Counted from the first letter of the stretch, positions 1 through 9,074 are shown. The stretch is 64,000 nt of DNA from Leptospira sp. (GCA_034439575.1 JAWXAQ010000030.1:1-64000); one strand, 5' to 3'. The notes: generated from the letters alone by a model not told the origin. Made by a program: numbers and translations.

Positions 1-244
1 ATGTTGTAAATGATCTTAGTTCGCAATTGAGTGGTTCCCTTCCGGGCCTGTTACAATTACCGTTTTTCCATCATTGGGAATTCAACCTACACGTCAAATG
101 TATTTTTATAAAATTAACTCGAATTTTTTAAAAAAATTCTTATGTACCATTTCAAACTAAATAAATATTTAAGATACAATCAGAGAAGTGTTCGCGATTA
201 GATACACGAAATGATTTTATAAAATCAAATTAGAATTATACAAA

Positions 245-538
245 ATGGGATCTCCAACTAACACGGCCATATTCCTACTAGCATTATACTCCACATATAA
301 CGCTTGTTTACTTCCTCCAGTCCCAGGGAAATGCGAAAAAGAAGAAAAGAAAAAGAAAAACTGTATCATTACAAATTTCATAGCTTGTGAACTTAGCTCG
401 ACAAAACAAGAATATGCAAAATCAGGAATCAACATTTGCACAAATCCAGATGGATTTCTTTTTGCTTTATCGGGAAGTTGCGATGGCCATGTATCCTACG
501 AGTGTGGCGGTCCTTCGTCTAGAAATTCAAGTAAATGA
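245..538 (+). CDS. Small Cys-rich hypothetical protein, possible lipoprotein
   Basis: 97-aa ORF with an N-terminal hydrophobic stretch ending YNAC and 7 Cys, in AT-rich flanks. No family recognised. Confidence 0.45.
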   Translation: MGSPTNTAIFLLALYSTYNACLLPPVPGKCEKEEKKKKNCIITNFIACELSSTKQEYAKSGINICTNPDGFLFALSGSCDGHVSYECGGPSSRNSSK

Positions 539-749
539 GTAAACATTTTTTAAAATATAATTCGTTGTTTTTAAAGCGGTTAACCTTTATATATATATTT
601 GAGGGAAACTTATAACATTTTGATGAATGTTTAGGAATGGTAAGATTCGATTCATTGAAATGGTTCAAAGAAGTATTTTCACAAAATATTTTTATCAATC
701 AAATATGTTTTAATGTGACAAATCTTACTTTGCATTCTAATATTAACAA

Positions 750-1802
750 ATGTCTTCCCTTTTCAGAAAACAAATTTGTATTTTAATATTTCTAATATTT
801 TTTCAAGTAAATCTTTCACTTTTTTCTTTACCACCTAACGATAGATATTCTTCGGATACTACTCGTTATGGTCTCCTAAACCAAAGATCCCCTGTCGGAA
901 AAGAATACATTTCCCTTCTTCCTGGATTTCAGTATCGTTCCAGTAACCTGATTGTTAGTTCACCTATTGGCTCAAAACTTCGTATGCCCGATGAGGAAAC
1001 CAACGAGACAAAATTTTTTATGGATATTAAATCTCGCGATTATCACTTTGGGTCTGTTTGGGGGGCTTTCCTTCTTTATCAAAATATAGATTTTGATCTC
1101 ACCAAACAGAGTATAGATAAACCATATACGGCCGGATTAAACGTTGGCTCATCTATTTATGCCTCAAACAATAGAGTGAATCAAATTGGAACTGAATTAA
1201 AAGGCAATATAACAAGCCTTATGCCTGTTTTTTATATTGGAGATAGAGAAAAAGAATTTTTTCGTATGGGAATCGGAATTGGGCCAAGCAAAGTTTACAT
1301 GAAGGGCAATCCAGACTTTTATAATGGTTGGAGTGAAGAAGCGCCAGTCCTTGCACTCATTGGCAATGGACAACTTTCAGATAAAATAGATAGGTTCGGT
1401 GATTTTGCTCTGATTAGAAATGGAAAAACTGAGTCTGATCCCATCAATGCCCTGCTTCTTAGTAATTTATCACAGCCTGGCAATCTGGATCTATTTGGTA
1501 TCTATCAGTATAGTAAGGGCAATATTGATATTACGAAAACGAATTTATATACAATGTATTTAATTAATCAGCTAACAGAAGGTAGCCTGACTCCACTGCA
1601 AATTGTATCCTTAGCAACTGTTGGGAGAAGTGATTTTAAGTTAAAAGAAAAATATGTTTCTAGCTTCTATTTTTTCTTTGAGATCCCTTTTTATGATGTT
1701 ACATTCCGATTTGGCTATGGAGGACCCATATATTACCAAGAAAATTATAGAGTCACCTTTCGCAATGTTGACATTTCGGTATTTATTCCTATCGATATTT
1801 AG
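750..1802 (+). CDS. Exported hypothetical protein, possibly outer-membrane beta-barrel-like
   Basis: 350-aa ORF with a signal-peptide-like N-terminus and amphipathic strand-like segments (FFRMGIGIG, FYFFFEIP, FRFGYGG, VDISVFIPIDI). Confidence 0.6.
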   Translation: MSSLFRKQICILIFLIFFQVNLSLFSLPPNDRYSSDTTRYGLLNQRSPVGKEYISLLPGFQYRSSNLIVSSPIGSKLRMPDEETNETKFFMDIKSRDYHFGSVWGAFLLYQNIDFDLTKQSIDKPYTAGLNVGSSIYASNNRVNQIGTELKGNITSLMPVFYIGDREKEFFRMGIGIGPSKVYMKGNPDFYNGWSEEAPVLALIGNGQLSDKIDRFGDFALIRNGKTESDPINALLLSNLSQPGNLDLFGIYQYSKGNIDITKTNLYTMYLINQLTEGSLTPLQIVSLATVGRSDFKLKEKYVSSFYFFFEIPFYDVTFRFGYGGPIYYQENYRVTFRNVDISVFIPIDI

Positions 1803-1864
1803 ACATATTATAATTTTCTAAATACCAATTGTTAATTTTAATTAAATTAATTTATAATCGAAAA

Positions 1865-3064
1865 TTAATTTTCTGCCACTAATGTCAATTTTGTGACTTC
1901 GGATGGCGCTCCAATACGAAGTGGTGGCCCCCAATATCCAGTTCCCCTACTCACATATATTAGCATATTTTTATATTTATGTATACCAGATACAAATCGT
2001 TGGGCAAGATAGATTAATAAATTTCCTGGAAAATATTGTCCTCCGTGCGTATGACCCGATAGCTGTAAATCAAATCCTACATCCGCCGCCATAAGTGCGC
2101 TATTTGGTTGATGGGCTAAAAGTATCTTGATATCTGATTTTTCTCCACCAAACATAGCCCGCAGTGGATCAGTCCTATGCTCTGGAAGAATTGATCCCGC
2201 TTTCAGATCCGTAACGCCTGCGAGTGTAATGGATGCATTTTTATGCTTTATAATTCTATTTTCATTTAATAAAACATGAATCCCTAATTTTCTAATCTCA
2301 GTAATCCAAGCGTTGACCCCAGAATAATATTCGTGATTTCCTGTAATATAAAATGTACCGTAACGAGATTTTATATCAGCTAAAGGAAGTAAATGATGTT
2401 TGAGAAGATTTGCTGGCCCGTCGACCAAATCGCCAGTAATGGCGACAAAATCTGGCTGAATATGATTGATCCGACTAACAACCTTTTTCAAAAATTTGCC
2501 TTTAATTGTAGAACCGATATGAACATCAGAAATTTGTGCAATTTTTAAACCAATTAAATCTGGATGTAAATTTTTGATAGGCACATCGATAGACAATGTT
2601 CTTAATCTTTGATGAGTTTGATAAAAACCATAAATTGTTAACAAAAGTGTAACACTCACAGTAGCGATACTTATGAAGAATGATAGATAATTTTGGTCTT
2701 CCAATTTCAAGAAATAAGCCGTGAATGAAAATGACTTTAACAAGTCATAGGTGAAAGACTGGATCAATGAATAAACAAAAGCCAAGAGATCCTTTAATAA
2801 AACTAATGAAAACAGAATGGTGAAAAAGCCAAGCCCCGTAAATGCAAGATAAGAAAACACTGATTGAAACTTTTCTCTTTGCACAAGCTGGCTTACAAAA
2901 TAGGAAACTGGTATCATGAGTATGAGTAGAGCAATTATGATCCAAAATAAAATTAAATAAACACCATCCAATCCAAAACCTTGGGCTAGTCGATAACCCG
3001 TATAAATATATGCAGAGCCGAGTATTAGTGTAAAAACTGACAAAAATTTAATAAATGAAGACAT
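1865..3064 (-). CDS. Membrane-anchored calcineurin-like metallophosphoesterase (YkuE-like)
   Basis: N-terminal TM helices; motifs SDVH, TGDLVD, GNHEYY, LLAHQP, SGHTHGGQ. Confidence 0.9.
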   Translation of the reverse strand: MSSFIKFLSVFTLILGSAYIYTGYRLAQGFGLDGVYLILFWIIIALLILMIPVSYFVSQLVQREKFQSVFSYLAFTGLGFFTILFSLVLLKDLLAFVYSLIQSFTYDLLKSFSFTAYFLKLEDQNYLSFFISIATVSVTLLLTIYGFYQTHQRLRTLSIDVPIKNLHPDLIGLKIAQISDVHIGSTIKGKFLKKVVSRINHIQPDFVAITGDLVDGPANLLKHHLLPLADIKSRYGTFYITGNHEYYSGVNAWITEIRKLGIHVLLNENRIIKHKNASITLAGVTDLKAGSILPEHRTDPLRAMFGGEKSDIKILLAHQPNSALMAADVGFDLQLSGHTHGGQYFPGNLLIYLAQRFVSGIHKYKNMLIYVSRGTGYWGPPLRIGAPSEVTKLTLVAEN

Positions 3065-3193
3065 ATTTTTGGTTTCCTATGTAATGAATAGACTTCAAGA
3101 ATGGCATGCTTAGTCAATTTCGTACTACGAAATTTAAACTATTATTTTTATTTTTTTCAAAATCAAATCAAAACAGGAATTTAATCTTATTTT

Positions 3194-4690
3194 ATGCATC
3201 ACGAGCCAATCAAAACAAAATCCGATGTCATTCTAATCGGTGCAGGAATTATGAGTGCTACCTTGGGTATTTTCTTAAAAGAATTGAATCCAAGTTTGAC
3301 AATTACCGTATTGGAAAGGTTAGATGCCGCTGCAAGAGAAAGTTCAAACGCTTGGAACAATGCAGGGACAGGTCATTCCGCCTTTTGTGAGTTAAATTAC
3401 ACATTAGAAAAAGAAGATGGTAGCATTGAGACAAAAAAAGCTAAAAACATAGCTGCCTCCTATGAAGTATCCAAAGAATTTTGGTCTTATCTAGTTACTG
3501 AAAAAAATGTCATAAATGCGGATGAGTTCATTCATGCGGTTCCTCATTATAGTTTTGTTTGGGGTGATGAAAATGTAAATTTTTTGAGAAAAAGACATGA
3601 TGCTCTTGTGAAAGATCCCCTCTTTAATAAATTAGAATATTCTGAAGATTGGGAAGTTCTTTCGAAATGGATGCCTCTAGTGATGCGAGGTCGAGATAAA
3701 AAAACGAAAGTAGCGGGAACAAGAATGGATCTCGGAACTGATGTTGATTATGGAAAACTAACAAAAGCAATGTTTCGGTATTTAGGAACACTTGATGGTG
3801 TCACGATTAACTATTATGAGCATGTAAAAGATTTAGAACGGGAAAAAAATGGATTATGGAATTTATCTGCTTCAAATATTCTGAGTCACGAAACAGAACA
3901 CCATGAAGCAAATTTTGTTTTTATTGGTGCAGGCGGTGGGTCATTACCTCTTCTTGAAAAATCGGATATTCCAGAAGCTGATGGCTTCGGTGGTTTCCCT
4001 GTTAGCGGGCAGTGGTTACGTTGCAAAAATAGAGAAGTGATAGAAAGTCATTTTGCGAAAGTGTATGGAAAAGCAAATGTTGGCTCTCCCCCGATGTCTG
4101 TTCCTCATCTTGATACACGTATCATTGATGGCAAAAAGGAATTGTTATTTGGACCTTATGCTGGTTTTACGACAAAATTTCTTAAAAAAGGTTCTTATTT
4201 AGACTTAGCAAAATCTCTAGAGTTAGGTAACATCTTTCCTATGTTATCTGCAGGTATGCACAATTTACCTCTGACAAAATATCTTATCGGCCAAGCCATG
4301 CAATCACACGAAGATCGAATCGATGCATTAAGAGAATATTTTCCAAATGTTAAAAGTGAAGACTGGGAACTTGTGATTGCAGGTCAAAGAGTACAAGTAA
4401 TCAAAGCCGATAAAGAAGAAGGTGGAGTCTTGGAATTTGGTACAGAAGTCGTATCTGCCGCTGATGGATCTCTTGCGGCTCTGCTCGGTGCCTCTCCCGG
4501 TGCATCCACATCAGTATCTATTATGCTTGAAGTTTTATCGGATTGTTTTAAAGAAAAAATGTTATCTAACGAATGGCAGACGAAATTAAAAAAAATGATT
4601 CCAAGTTTTGGAGAAAGTTTTATTGATAACGAAAATTTATGTTTGAAAAGTCGAGAAATGACGGCTAAGGCATTAAATTTAAAATCATAG
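3194..4690 (+). CDS. mqo: Malate:quinone oxidoreductase
   Basis: IGAGIMSATLG FAD motif, ESSNAWNNAGTGHSAFCELNYT, PPMSVPHLDTR, LLGASPGASTSV. Confidence 0.97.
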   Translation: MHHEPIKTKSDVILIGAGIMSATLGIFLKELNPSLTITVLERLDAAARESSNAWNNAGTGHSAFCELNYTLEKEDGSIETKKAKNIAASYEVSKEFWSYLVTEKNVINADEFIHAVPHYSFVWGDENVNFLRKRHDALVKDPLFNKLEYSEDWEVLSKWMPLVMRGRDKKTKVAGTRMDLGTDVDYGKLTKAMFRYLGTLDGVTINYYEHVKDLEREKNGLWNLSASNILSHETEHHEANFVFIGAGGGSLPLLEKSDIPEADGFGGFPVSGQWLRCKNREVIESHFAKVYGKANVGSPPMSVPHLDTRIIDGKKELLFGPYAGFTTKFLKKGSYLDLAKSLELGNIFPMLSAGMHNLPLTKYLIGQAMQSHEDRIDALREYFPNVKSEDWELVIAGQRVQVIKADKEEGGVLEFGTEVVSAADGSLAALLGASPGASTSVSIMLEVLSDCFKEKMLSNEWQTKLKKMIPSFGESFIDNENLCLKSREMTAKALNLKS

Positions 4691-4741
4691 ATTTAAAAAT
4701 AGAAGACAAGGATACCGACATTTTTATAAAATTGTATTACT

Positions 4742-5881
4742 ATGAATTTTATAGAAATGTTGATACCTGTTTTTATACTTCTAATCGTTTTAGAATTAAC
4801 TTACAATTATATTAAAAAAACAGATTATTATTCTCTAGCGGACAGCATTTCCGATATGAGTTTGGGAATCATCAGTCGTCTCACTGATATATTTGTATTA
4901 GTTCTTATGTATCAAATTTATATTTTCATACAAATCAATTTTGCAATTTCTAGAGAACCAAATCTATATTCAAATTTATTTCTCTTAAACACATTAGAAA
5001 ATTCTAATTCGATATTTCTTAATATTGTAATTTGGATTTTATTATTTTTGACACTTGATTTTATATTTTACTGGAATCACCGTTTTTCCCATGAAATCAA
5101 TCTACTTTGGGCCTCTCATGTCACACATCATTCCAGCGAAGAATACAACTTAACAGTAGCTTTACGTCAATCATTCTTGCGAAATTTCATAGCTTTAATT
5201 TTCTATATGACATTTGCTTTTTTATCGGTACCATGGGAAACTTTATTGCTCACAGATGCATTGAATCGAATGTACCAATTTTGGGTTCATACTAGATTTA
5301 TAAAAAGAATGCCAAAATGGTTTGAATTCATTTTTGTCACTCCGAGCCACCATCGTGTTCACCATGCAAGAAACGAAGAATACTTGGACAAAAATTATGC
5401 AGGTATGTTTATTTTTTGGGATAGAATTTTTGGGACCTTTAAACAAGAAAAACAAGAACCACTATATGGCATTGTCAAACCATTACAAACATTCAATCCT
5501 ATTCTTGCCAATCTGCATCTATTCAAAGAAATCTCTCAAAAATTCTCAATTACAAATCCTTTTTCGACTAACATGAAAATATTATTTGGTAAACCGGCTG
5601 AGTTTGATAAAATCGGAAATCGCAATTTAAATTTTCACTTATCTCAAAACCCACTATTGACTGACAAATTGGCACAAAACCGAAAATTGATCCGACCTAA
5701 TATTATAAAAAAAACAGATACAATCTATCTTATCTTCGCTACACTTCTGTTAATCGGATTGTCCTTAATGCTAATTAAACTCGCCTTCAAATTAGATATT
5801 TTCTTTATCATGATTTTTTATTTTTCACTTTTGGGTGGTTATGGACTGCTTGGAAATAGATTGGATCATTTGCAAACCTAG
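4742..5881 (+). CDS. Sterol desaturase / fatty-acid hydroxylase family protein (alkylglycerol monooxygenase-like)
   Basis: His boxes YWNHRFSH, HVTHHSSEEYNL, FWVHT, HHRVHH, then NYAGMFIFWDRIFGTF; TM helices. Confidence 0.9.
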   Translation: MNFIEMLIPVFILLIVLELTYNYIKKTDYYSLADSISDMSLGIISRLTDIFVLVLMYQIYIFIQINFAISREPNLYSNLFLLNTLENSNSIFLNIVIWILLFLTLDFIFYWNHRFSHEINLLWASHVTHHSSEEYNLTVALRQSFLRNFIALIFYMTFAFLSVPWETLLLTDALNRMYQFWVHTRFIKRMPKWFEFIFVTPSHHRVHHARNEEYLDKNYAGMFIFWDRIFGTFKQEKQEPLYGIVKPLQTFNPILANLHLFKEISQKFSITNPFSTNMKILFGKPAEFDKIGNRNLNFHLSQNPLLTDKLAQNRKLIRPNIIKKTDTIYLIFATLLLIGLSLMLIKLAFKLDIFFIMIFYFSLLGGYGLLGNRLDHLQT

Positions 5882-5958
5882 TTCCCATCTCGGGGCTATC
5901 TCACCTCCGTGTTCGAATGCCCCCGCTTCGCCTTCCTGGCTTCGCTTCCGATGGAAAC
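5881..5958. repeat. GC-rich palindromic intergenic element related to the units at 8742-9074
   Basis: Ends GTTCCCATC (5881-5889) and GATGGAAAC (5950-5958) are near-complementary. The minus strand contains CGAAGCCAGGAAGGC and TTCGAACACGGAGGTGAGA, matching CGAAGGCAGGGATGCC and TTCGA(A/G)CACGGA...TGAGA in the gap-upstream units. Confidence 0.7.
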
Positions 5959-6212
5959 AAGATTTGCTTGCCGAAGAAAGATCGTATAACTAGATTTTTT
6001 TTTATAAATTGAATAAAATTTATTAACACGTATACTCTTTAAACTCCGATGTGTATTTTATTCTTTTTTACATTTGGCTGTACTTACTTTAATCATGTAT
6101 ATTAGGTGTACGTTTAAATTTCATCAGTCGAAAGTAATATTTTTCTCATCCTATTTTAGAAATCTTTCATGCAATTTCCAATTCTATAGTATCTTATAAT
6201 CTAATTCTCAAT

Positions 6213-6240
6213 AAGCTTACTATTTTGTTATTATATTACC
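6213..6240. promoter_or_regulatory. Possible HxlR-family operator upstream of the DJ-1/PfpI gene
   Basis: AAGCTTAC half-site identical to the one at 7613-7620 beside the HxlR gene; the second half is degenerate. Confidence 0.35.
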
Positions 6241-6340
6241 ATTGATACCATATAAACGAAACCCAGTCTGATTCATTTGATAATCTATTGACCAAGGGAT
6301 CGTATCCCTATATGAGTTGGAACATCTAAGGGAGAACCAA

Positions 6341-7171
6341 ATGTTTCATCAAAAAATAATTTCAATTCTGATTCTGATACTTACTTTGCTTTCATGCGAT
6401 CCCGCAAAAAAACCTATTGAATCTTTAACTTACATTCATCCACATGGATCACCAAGTAAAGGAAAAATACTAATGGTAGTTAGTAGTCCGTCAATTTCAA
6501 AACAAACAGGTTGGCCAATAGGTTTTTGGGCATCTGAACTAACACATCCATTGCGAGTATTTCAAGAGTCCGGATTTGAAGTCGAAATTAGTTCTACAGA
6601 AGGTGGAAAAGTGGAAATGGATTCCTATTCTAACCCGAAAGATGTTAGCGGTTATTCGGCCCATGATGTCATATCACTTGGGTATTTACAAAATCCAGAT
6701 TTCCTTAAATCTCTACAAAAAACTAAAAAGTTCACGGATGTAAATGCCAAAGATTACGATGCTATCTTTTTGGTTGGTGGACAAGGACCCATGTACACAT
6801 TCAAAGGAAATGAATCCTTGCAGAAATTATTCGTTAGTTTCTTTGAATCAGGAAAACCTTCGGCGGCAGTATGTCATTCGACTACTTTGCTATTGGAGGC
6901 AAAGTTAAGTAATGGTGACTTACTCGTGAAATGAAAAAAATGGACAGGATTTGCCGATGCAGAAGAAGAATATGCAGATAAAGCCGTGGGTCAAAAAATT
7001 CAACCATACCGAATCGAAGAAGAAGCCAGGAAATTAAACAATACTACATTTAAAGTAGCAACACCTTTTTCATCTTATGCGATAAAGGATGGAAACCTCA
7101 TCACGGGCCAACAACAAAATTCAGGAGAAGCAGCCGCACGATTTTTGGTAGAATCAATTGAGAAAAAGTAA
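6341..7171 (+). pseudogene. DJ-1/PfpI (Hsp31/glyoxalase III-like) lipoprotein interrupted by an in-frame TGA at 6932-6934
   Basis: RBS GGAGA then ATG 6341; lipobox LLSC; GFWASELTHP, GGQGPMY, AVCHS. The same frame continues after TGA as KKWTGFADAEE...DGNLITGQQQNS to TAA at 7171. Confidence 0.85.
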
Positions 7172-7195
7172 AATTAAAATTTCTATTAACTTCAA

Positions 7196-7600
7196 TTAAG
7201 AATTAGTTTTTTTTAATTTTTTTGTCTGTGGGATTTTTGGAAAACTATTAGTGTCTTCTATATAGACCCCGGAAGTTTTCATCAACGTGATTCCCAGTTC
7301 TCGCAATGATACAATGATCGGTATCGTTTTTTTGCCCAATTCGGTGAGAGTGTATTCCGTTTTGGGCGGAACAACTGCGTATACCTTTCTTGAAATCAAA
7401 CCGTTTTCTTCCAATTCACGCAAAGATTGCGCGAGCATCTTATCTGAGATATGTGAGAGAGTTTTTTTAATTTCACTGTATCTAAGTGTTTTTTCTCGAA
7501 GTCTCCAAAGTATCGGCATCTTCCATGCTCCGCCTATCCAATCCAATACGAATTCAACTGGATTGTAATACAATTTTCCCTTAAATTTAAATTCAGGCAT
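7196..7600 (-). CDS. HxlR-family winged-helix transcriptional regulator
   Basis: IGGAWKMPILWRL, ISDKMLAQSLRELEENGLISRKVYAVVPPKTEYTLTELG. Confidence 0.93.
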   Translation of the reverse strand: MPEFKFKGKLYYNPVEFVLDWIGGAWKMPILWRLREKTLRYSEIKKTLSHISDKMLAQSLRELEENGLISRKVYAVVPPKTEYTLTELGKKTIPIIVSLRELGITLMKTSGVYIEDTNSFPKIPQTKKLKKTNS

Positions 7601-7612
7601 ATTATCTCACTA

Positions 7613-7640
7613 AAGCTTACCCAAAGGTAATATACTTACT
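7613..7640. promoter_or_regulatory. Palindromic candidate HxlR operator in the divergent promoter
   Basis: TTACC-CAAA-GGTAA perfect inverted repeat (7617-7630) followed by another CTTAC, between the regulator and the oxidoreductase. Confidence 0.5.
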
Positions 7641-7765
7641 TAATAAAATAGTATATCCTATTTTTATCTTTTATTGGAAAGTAATTATTGAATTGCAAGA
7701 GTAATTTGGAAAGCATATCAAAGATTCACAATAGAAGGAATAAAAATATCCTAAAGGAGAAAAAA

Positions 7766-8383
7766 ATGAAAATTGCAATCATCGGTTCTGGAAATGTAGG
7801 AGGGAGTTTAGCGACTGCTTGGGCGAAAAAAGGTCATAGAATTTATATCGGGGCGAGAAACCCAGAACAATTCAAAGGAATCAATTTGCTCAAAAATGAA
7901 AATACTACAGTACATACAATCCAAGAAGCTGTTCAATTATCTGATGTCATCCTTTTGAGTACACCTGCTCTTGAAACAATACCAGTTACTGTTTCTCTTG
8001 GAGACACAACAAATAAAGTGATCATTGATGCTATGAATATTGTCAACAAACAAGGACCCGTTGGATATACATCCACTGCCCATGCAATTTTGGGTCATAC
8101 TCAAACAAAAGATATAGTCAAATGTTTTAATACCACTGGTGCCAATAACCTAACAAATCCAAATTATCAAAATATTTCACTCGATACCTTTATGGCAGGA
8201 GATTCCCTTAAGGCAAAAGACATTGCCCGAACTTTGGCATTAGATATAGGATTTGCAGAATGTTATGATATTGGCGGCAATGATAAATTTGAATTGATGG
8301 AACAATTTGCCTTTTTCTGGATCAACCTTGCGATGTTTCAAAAAATGGGAAGAGAGATTGGTTTTAAATTACTGAAAAGATGA
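7766..8383 (+). CDS. NADP-dependent oxidoreductase, F420_oxidored (NADPH-dependent F420 reductase-like) family
   Basis: RBS AAGGAG then ATG 7766; MKIAIIGSGNVGGSLA Rossmann motif, IIDAMN, VKCFNT. Confidence 0.88.
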   Translation: MKIAIIGSGNVGGSLATAWAKKGHRIYIGARNPEQFKGINLLKNENTTVHTIQEAVQLSDVILLSTPALETIPVTVSLGDTTNKVIIDAMNIVNKQGPVGYTSTAHAILGHTQTKDIVKCFNTTGANNLTNPNYQNISLDTFMAGDSLKAKDIARTLALDIGFAECYDIGGNDKFELMEQFAFFWINLAMFQKMGREIGFKLLKR

Positions 8384-8438
8384 TGAGATATTTATAAAAG
8401 ATTCATCCTTATGTGAATACTTTAGAACATATTGTCAG

Positions 8439-8586
8439 TGTAGACTAACCATATTTTAACGGACAAAATTCTGATATCGTTTGAATTCAATTATTTCAAA
8501 TCTCAATTAACCAATTATTGAATTTTATCAATGTCGATAAAAAAAACTTCTAACAAATAAGGTGTCCGTTTTATATAGTCTTTCCA
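8439..8586. mobile_element. Possible internally deleted IS3-family-like remnant (ends only)
   Basis: Left end TGTAGACTAACCATATTTTAACGGACA and right end TGTCCGTTTTATATAGTCTTTCCA form imperfect inverted repeats, TG...CA, with an inner AACGGACA box. No transposase and no clear target-site duplication. Confidence 0.4.
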
Positions 8587-8658
8587 ATACAGCCTACCTT
8601 CCCCAACCAATCCTCTCAAAATGATTCATTTTCAAAATCTAAAATCATTTTTCTCCCC

Positions 8659-8738
8659 GCGCAAGGGACCGCCGTGGAAATCCTTTGCCTTGGGCAAAGA
8701 TTGGAACGAAGGGCCCGGTCGGCTCACAGCCGATGCGC
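8659..8738 (+). ncRNA. Flavo-1-like structured RNA/repeat motif
   Basis: GGGACCGCCGTGGAAATCCTTTGCC-TTG-GGCAAAGATTGGAACGAAGGGCCC nested stems, TCGGCT-CAC-AGCCGA hairpin, closed by GCGCA/TGCGC. It resembles my recollection of the Flavo-1 motif of Bacteroidota and Spirochaetota. Confidence 0.55.
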
Positions 8739-8741
8739 CCC

Positions 8742-9074
8742 CATTTTCGATGGGAAGGCACCTTTTTTGCGGAACCAAAAAAAGATCGAGGTGGAAAAAC
8801 TATCCAAAGAAACGGTAACGAAGACAGGAATGCCGGAGTTCGCACCTTCGAACACGGATTGAGAGGGGCGAGAGTGAATTTGGATTGTTAATCCAACTCA
8901 CTACCATTTTTCATTTTCGATGGAAAGACCCCTTTGTTGTGGAGCTCAGATATAATCGAGGTGGAAAAACTATCCAAAGAAACGGTGACGAAGGCAGGGA
9001 TGCCGGAGTTCGCCCTTCGAGCACGGACGTGAGAGGGGCGAGAGTGAATTTGGATTGTTTTTCCACCTCACTAC
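8742..9074. repeat. Two tandem imperfect copies (170-bp period) of an inverted-repeat-bounded element
   Basis: Copies at 8742-8904 and 8912-9074. Each has GAGGTGGAAAAACTATCCAAA ... TTTGGATTGTT(T/A)(T/A)TCCA(C/A)CTC inverted arms (8788-8899 and 8958-9069). Confidence 0.9.

Noticed and set aside
1-160. End of a gene entering from the left edge
   Set aside because: One + frame is open for about 40 codons, but nothing is recognisable and the strand cannot be determined.
6932-6934. Selenocysteine recoding of the in-frame TGA
   Set aside because: The position corresponds to a structural Gly, not the catalytic Cys (present upstream in AVCHS), and I see no convincing SECIS-like hairpin directly downstream.
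7766-8383. Evidence of coenzyme F420 metabolism
   Set aside because: This oxidoreductase family is common in bacteria without F420, and no F420 biosynthesis genes are in the window.
8742-9074. CRISPR array
   Set aside because: Only two long units that are similar along their whole length; no unique spacers and no cas genes.
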